DNA of 64,000 bases from Camelus dromedarius. Taxonomy: Eukaryota. The notes under the pieces are model-generated. The model worked only from the letters and a program-made list of their open reading frames with translations. It was not told where the DNA came from and did no database searches. The stretch lies in NCBI RefSeq assembly GCF_036321535.1, contig NC_087451.1:18414001-18478000 (forward strand), given 5' to 3'. Position numbers and translations under genes: made by a program. Positions 57,371 through 64,000 of the stretch are shown one piece after another. Numbering within the stretch: the stretch's first letter is position 1; every line of letters starts with the position of its first letter.

Positions 57371-57792
57371 ATTAGACATGCATTATTGAGCTGAGCGCCT
57401 GCTTGACATGAGGCAAGACGCAAAGGTTTTAGCCTTGGATAGCTTACATAAAGGGGGTCATTTATTCACAGAGATAGGAAACATAAGGAAAGGTGCAATT
57501 CTGGGAGGAGATGATTGGACACGTATTGGACGTGCTGCATTTGCGGTGTCTGTGGAGGTGTCCAGGAAAGAGTTAGCTTTATGGGGCCTGGAGTTCCTGG
57601 GAAAGCTCTGGGCTAGAGACTTGGCATATAGTTGGCGTAGGAATGGTTGAGATAGGCCAGGGGCGTGTGAATCTCTCGGCTGCCAGGAACAAGGATGACA
57701 CATTTTTCCATATCCATTTTTTTCCTATATCCCTTAAATGCCTGCCGTCATCACGCAAAACGTCCTAACTCGACGGCAACCAACGAATACTT

Positions 57793-57798
57793 TTTATT
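57793..57798 (-). terminator. GLTPD2 poly(A) signal AATAAA
   Basis: tttatt on the + strand, ~210 nt after the stop codon. Confidence 0.7.
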
Positions 57799-57882
57799 CC
57801 TCACAGCGCCTCCCTTTTCCCCAAGACTCCGGGAAGAGGGAGGGGCTAAAAAACCACACCTCCGCTGAGGCGGGCCTTCAAG

Positions 57883-57996
57883 GGCGGTGACGTCACAAAG
57901 GAGGCGGGTTATTAGGCCCCGCCCCGGCGCCTAAAGGCTTTGTCAAGGGTTCGACCGGGAGCTGCTCCCACCCCGCCCCAGGGCGCTTTTTCCAAT
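57883..57996. promoter_or_regulatory. CRE, GC boxes and CCAAT within the GLTPD2 3' UTR
   Basis: TGACGTCA 57888-57895; GGGCGG and CCCGCCCC boxes near 57882, 57917, 57971; CCAAT near 57992. Confidence 0.5.
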
Positions 57997-58008
57997 GGCC
58001 TGCAGGCA

Positions 58009-59319
<1,311 letters not shown>

Positions 59320-60419
59320 GACTGCTGAGGGGACCACTGCCCCCTCACCGGCCCCTAGCCAGTGCTTGTCCCTCTGCCTTTAGGAGGGGAGAGAAGCCCT
59401 GAGGGTGCAAAGGGTTAATAATTAACCTAGGAAGTCCCCTTCCCCTGTGCCCTTTGCCCCAGAGGGCAGCATCTGAGGGGTGAGGGACTGGATGAAGAGG
59501 ATTTGGGAGATTCTGTAGCAATGACACGTCTTTACATTTCCCTTCCCGGTATGGCGAGGTTGTAGTAAGAGGCAGCCTGAGGACTGGGGAGAGACGCTGA
59601 GGTCAGAACCAGCTCCCCCTCTGAGCAGTGCTGGGGGCCTCAAGTTAACTCTGGGCTTGAGTTCCCTCCACTGTACACTGAGGATACTAATAGGTACTTT
59701 TGCAGTCATCATACAATGATATTGCATGTGCAACACAGTCAGTGGAAATGAATACCACAATTGCTCCATAAATCTTAACCTATTAAGTTCAAGCACGGGG
59801 CACCTGGATCCAGGGAACACTCATTTCTAAATTCCCTATCCTATCCCAGAATGTGAGCTCTGATGAAGACAAGGGACTTTTCTTTTTACAGGACTCTTCT
59901 ATTTACAACACTTAGAATATTGACTGAGCCAAAACACATTATTGCTAAATAAATATATATTGAATAAACTAACGGATGTGTATGGTGGCAGGCAAATCAG
60001 GGGTGGAACGCCCCATGACAGATCTGAGCCCGTTTTTTTTATCTCCCCAAATTAGGAGTCCACCTGGTGGTCATGGGGGGAAAAACATTCAGGGAAAGGA
60101 TACAGGAAGCAATGAAAGAAACAGCATCTCCTGTTCTCAGTCCCCTGTCCATAAACTTTTTAGAATCATTCCAGTCTCTGTGTATATTTTCTTTTGAGGG
60201 GGAAAGGTGTCCCAGATTCTGAATGAGTCGCGGCCCCAGTCGCTCACCACATGCTTCCCAGCTCCCACAGTTCATGGATTCTTGTCCTGTCTCTCACTCT
60301 GATGCTCCCTCACATCTTGGAGGTCCCTAGGGTTGCTCCTAACCCATTGTGTCCGGTGGGATTTGGGAGCCATCACTTCCATCCCTAGCCTTGGGTTCCC
60401 TGCTTCCCAATGTTTGGAT

Positions 60420-60600
60420 GTTTCCCAGCTTGCTGACTGTGACCTTGGGCAAATCGCTTGCCACTACAGCCCCAGTTCCCTCATCTGCAGCATAGGAAGG
60501 GTAATTCCCACCCCCGAAAATTGTTGAGGGTTAAACAAAACATGCCTGCAAGACACCACGATTCGTGCCCTATAGCTAGTAAGTGTTCTGTTAAGTTGTG
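60420..60600 (+). mobile_element. MIR SINE in the GLTPD2/VMO1 divergent spacer
   Basis: 'ctgtgaccttgggcaaatcgctt...cagttccctcatctgcagcatagg'. Confidence 0.75.
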
Positions 60601-60795
60601 GTTACTTCCAGTCGTCGGTTCTCACAGCCCCTCCTCCTCTGGCGCTGGGAGCCTCCGTCTCCCTGAGGTGAGAACAAGTCTGTAGGCTTCCGGAGCGGAT
60701 TAGTTTTGGGCGTCACTTAATCCGGGTGGCCCTTCCGTAATCAGAGTCCCTTGCACACACCTGCACAAGAGGCCGGGGCTCACAGAGGCTGCGGG

Positions 60796-60984
60796 ATGGA
60801 GCTGGGTGCGGGAGCCAAGCTGCTGCTGCTGCTGCTGTGGGCGACATGCCGCAGACATGCTAGCGCAGATGGTCTGGGCGGCTACACGTCGGTCATCAGG
60901 GTGACCAACGGGGGCCCCTGGGGCGACTGGGCCTGGCCCGAGATGTGTCCTGAGGGATTCTTCGCCAGAGGCTTCTCACTCAAG
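60796..60984 (+). CDS. VMO1: VMO1 exon 1, coding part
   Basis: [18 protein letters not shown]...[17 protein letters not shown]; includes (CTG)6 at 60820-60837. Confidence 0.93.
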
Positions 60985-61746
60985 GTAGGGGCTCGGGCCT
61001 AGGTCTCGGAGGAGACCTCAGAGCCGAGGATGTGGTCTTCTGACTCGTCCTCACTCCTCTTCTTGCCGACGCCCAGGTGGAGCCCCCACAAGGCGCTCTT
61101 GGAGACGACACCGCTCTGAACGGGATCCGGCTGCACTGCGTGGGGCGGAATGCGGCGCTCGACACTCACGTGGTGGAATCGGAGTCTGGAAGGTGGGGGG
61201 CCGGGGCCGAGGATCCTCTAGGGTGGGGGTACGCCCCTTACCCTCCGCCACACACCCCCTCCTGGCAGGCAGGTTCCCCCAGAGCTGTGGGGCAGTTCAG
61301 ACCTGGGAAGCGGGTGGAAGACCTCCCCTCCGCACCCCGGGGGAGGTCAGGTGACTGGAGCACCTGGTGGGAAGCCCCGAGGTCTGGGTCCAGCTGGAGG
61401 TGGGCAGGGGGCGCCCGCGGAGCCCGCTCGTCTTTGCTCCCCTCGCAGGTGGGGCGCGTGGAGGGAGCCCCTGTGGTGTCCCGGCGGCGGCTTCCTCGTG
61501 GCTTTCTCGCTCCGCGTGGAGGTCCCTGTGACCCCCGGGGACAACACGGCTGCGAACAACGTGCGCTTCCGCTGCTCCGACGGCACGGAGCTGCAGGGGC
61601 CCGGCCTGACCTGGGGCAAATTTGGAGGCTGGAGTGAGCCGTGCCCTAAAGGCTTGTGCGGCTTGCAGACCAAGATCCAGCGGCCCGAAGGCCTCCTTGA
61701 TGACACCGCCCTAAACGACGCGCGCTTTTTCTGCTGCCGCAGTTGA
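60796..61746 (+). CDS. VMO1: Vitelline membrane outer layer protein 1 homolog, 200 aa, secreted beta-prism
   Basis: join 60796-60984, 61077-61192, 61449-61746 = 603 nt. Signal peptide; three DDTALN / DNTAAN / DDTALN repeats; eight mature-chain Cys; ends FCCRS*. Confidence 0.95.
61077..61192 (+). CDS. VMO1: VMO1 exon 2
   Basis: [38 protein letters not shown]; 116 nt. Confidence 0.94.
61449..61746 (+). CDS. VMO1: VMO1 exon 3, coding part
   Basis: [24 protein letters not shown]...DARFFCCRS*. Confidence 0.94.
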
Positions 61747-61791
61747 TACCATTGCCCCCCTCTCCCTCCCAAGCCTAGTCTTACCTCTGGT

Positions 61792-61797
61792 ATTAAA
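61792..61797 (+). terminator. VMO1 poly(A) signal ATTAAA
   Basis: ~45 nt after the stop codon. Confidence 0.7.
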
Positions 61798-62622
61798 GCT
61801 TCTCTGTCTTGGCTTTGGTCTGGCTTGTGCTAGGGGTGGGAAACTGCGTCTCTCCGTCTTCCTAACCTAGCACTGGGCCAGGCCCACATTCGGGTTTGGT
61901 CTCAGGAGTCCGTAGCAGCCTCCTGAAAGTTACCAACCCATAGTTCAGAAAATACACACTTAAGCACAATTTTGTGTACAAGTTCAGGAAGTCTCTGCAG
62001 ACATGTCGTCTCCAATAAGAGTCCAGGCTCTTTCCTTTCTGAACCACCAGTGACCTTACATTAAGAAACTTCTACCAAATTAGGAAGTGACAATACTATA
62101 AAGTCGTAAGTCTTCATTTTCTAGAGCATAAGAGGCTAACATGTCTTTCCCATAGTTTTCCTTTTGCCCCCTACACAACTCAGTAGCTTTTCTATATACT
62201 GAGTCCCATTTAGGGCCTTTGTCCTTGCTGTTCTCTCTTCCTGACCCGGCTGTCCAGATAGCTAGCCCATCCACCAGAGTTCAGCTTCAATTTCACATTC
62301 TCGGACTTTATCTTATTTTAAAAAAAGTGCACTCATCATTTAAAAAGTGCTTATCACCAACTGAAATACTCTATTGCTTCTTTTAAAAATTGCCCATCTT
62401 CCACACCTGGAATGTTAAATTCTTTTAAGAGCTCAGAACTTGCTTGTCTTGTTTACACTGTATTTCCAGCGCACCAATAGCTCAGTAACTATTTATTAAG
62501 AAAATAACAAGCGGGGTGTAAGGGTCCCAAACAAGAGAGCTCCAAGCCCCGATGTATCTGGAGGCCTTCCAGCATTCCTTGTATAGAGCACAGTCTGAGA
62601 CCGGGAGGAGGGCTCTAAATAG

Positions 62623-62628
62623 TTTATT
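62623..62628 (-). terminator. TM4SF5 poly(A) signal AATAAA
   Basis: tttatt on the + strand, ~60 nt after the stop codon. Confidence 0.75.
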
Positions 62629-62687
62629 CCAGGGACGGGGGAGGGCCAGGCGGGCGTCCAGGAGCGACGGACCAGGTCGGTGGAGCC

Positions 62688-62702
62688 TCAGTGGGGGGCG
62701 CC
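62688..62702 (-). CDS. TM4SF5: TM4SF5 exon 5, coding part
   Basis: Acceptor ttccgcag, then GGC GCC CCC CAC TGA. Confidence 0.85.
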   Translation of the reverse strand, partial: GAPH

Positions 62703-63746
62703 CTGCGGAAAACAGAAAGTGAGGACGCAGCTAGGGAGCAAACAGGTTTCCTAGACAGCTCCATCCCACGCCGTCCCACCTCTTTCTTCCTGCAATCGCC
62801 ACAGAAGACACCAATGGTCGCGTTCACCAGCTGCAGCCCACACAGCAAGATCTCCAGGCACGAGGCGGCCACCAGCAGCGAGAAGAGAGTCACGTTCCAG
62901 TAGACAATACCAGGCGGCTGCACGCACAAGCTCCACTGCGTGCGGTTGTACAGATAAGAGCCCCTGCGGGCGGGGCGGGGCCACGTGAGAGGAGGTCACG
63001 CGGAGTGCCCCCGCCCCCCGCCCCGCGCACGCGCTGAGGCAGATAGGGAAAGGGCTGTTTTGGCCCACGTGGAGGAAGCTCTCTCGAAGCCGAGTCCTGC
63101 CTAGGTTTCCAGGCCCACGTGGGAAAGGCAAGTAGGCAGAGGTAGAGAATGGGAGGGACGGGGCTCGAATACAGGCCAAGCCTTACAAGGTCTCTTTGAA
63201 GTGGTAATCCCAGGTGTCATTCATTAAGCATTTGGGTCCAATTCGGAGCGCAGTTCCTGATACCGAGAGGCAGTAGATGCCACCAAGCAACCCGAACGCG
63301 GAGCAAAAGATCGAGCGCAGCATCTGGGTGCAGAATACGAGGAGGAGTGAGTAGCCCCCTCTCCACTCGTGTCTAGACCGCACCTGGCTCCGTCCCTCTT
63401 ATAACCGCGCTCGTCTCCAGTCACGATAAAAATACATTTCTCGTCAAACCCCGGGGCTTGGAGTTGTGCTCACCCTAGGAGCCAGCGGCCGCGGAGGTTC
63501 ATGGGGATTGTAGTCCCCTCTGGGCAGGCCCGCTGAAGCCCAAGATTTGCAGGTGCGAGGGAGGAGTGAGGTAGAGCCTAGGAGTCTGCAGAGGAACTCG
63601 GGAAGCTAGGAATTCTGTAGACGGGCCGTGGCTTTACGTATAGATAGTCTGAACCTGGATCTTACCCTGCAGCGATTTCCACAGCAGCCTGCACCACAAC
63701 AGCCTTTGCCCCCTGCGCGGACGGCAGCAATTCCCGGACACAGTAT
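62688..63746 (-). CDS. TM4SF5: Transmembrane 4 L six family member 5, exons 2-5 (exon 1 beyond the right edge)
   Basis: join(-) 63666-63746, 63187-63323, 62780-62963, 62688-62702. [38 protein letters not shown]...WDYHF...NRT...WNVTLFSLL...[12 protein letters not shown]. Confidence 0.95.
62780..62963 (-). CDS. TM4SF5: TM4SF5 exon 4
   Basis: [30 protein letters not shown]...CRKKE; 184 nt. Confidence 0.94.
63187..63323 (-). CDS. TM4SF5: TM4SF5 exon 3
   Basis: [45 protein letters not shown]; 137 nt. Confidence 0.94.
63666..63746 (-). CDS. TM4SF5: TM4SF5 exon 2
   Basis: [27 protein letters not shown]; 81 nt. Confidence 0.94.
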
Positions 63747-64000
63747 CTATGAGAGAAGAGTCAATGTGATAGCGAGCCCCCCACGTCCCCAACTTGTATC
63801 CGTTCTTACCGCCTCCAGGAAGCTGCCTGTGATGGCCTCAGCCCTTTGGACTGCAGGAAGGCCGTATCTCTGGGGCACTGTCGAGCTCTGCTTTAATTTT
63901 TCTTTATTTCTGTGCCTATTTATATCTGTCCAGATTGTAGCCTCTAGGAGGGTAGGGCCCAATATCATTATAGCCCCTATAAACCTTCAGTAGGTGCCAA

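Noticed and set aside
60751-60795. VMO1 start at the upstream TTG given in the ORF track
   Set aside because: The ATG at 60796 (gggATGG) directly precedes a canonical signal peptide.

Overview
Mammalian genomic DNA, most likely camelid (camel or alpaca): five copies of a tRNA-derived SINE match the camelid Vic-1 type. The window is syntenic with human 17p13.2 in reverse orientation. From left to right it holds MINK1 (-, exons 1-9, continuing off the left edge, 27.7 kb intron 1), PLD2 (-, 933 aa expected; exon 12 and most of exon 11 are hidden by N blocks), the C17orf114 microprotein (+, 81 aa), PSMB6 (-, 239 aa), GLTPD2 (-, 284 aa), VMO1 (+, 200 aa) and TM4SF5 (-, exons 2-5, exon 1 off the right edge). 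All visible exons were placed by hand on GT/AG boundaries with consistent reading phase. Gene names, exon numbers and human comparisons come from recalled human orthologues, not from a database search. Non-coding DNA is mostly L1, L2, MIR, MER DNA transposons, Vic-1 SINEs and one solo LTR. The most notable observations are: a dense same-strand array of nuclear-receptor half-sites (perfect DR2 and DR4) in PLD2 intron 10; a solo LTR flanked by a ~90 bp direct duplication; an apparent 7-aa deletion plus an Arg-to-Leu change in the GLTPD2 lipid-binding fold; the putatively lipid-anchored C17orf114 microprotein; an Arg-rich uORF and paired RFX X-boxes at MINK1; and a CRE/GC/CCAAT module inside the GLTPD2 3' UTR. 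I see no evidence of a wholly new multi-gene system.
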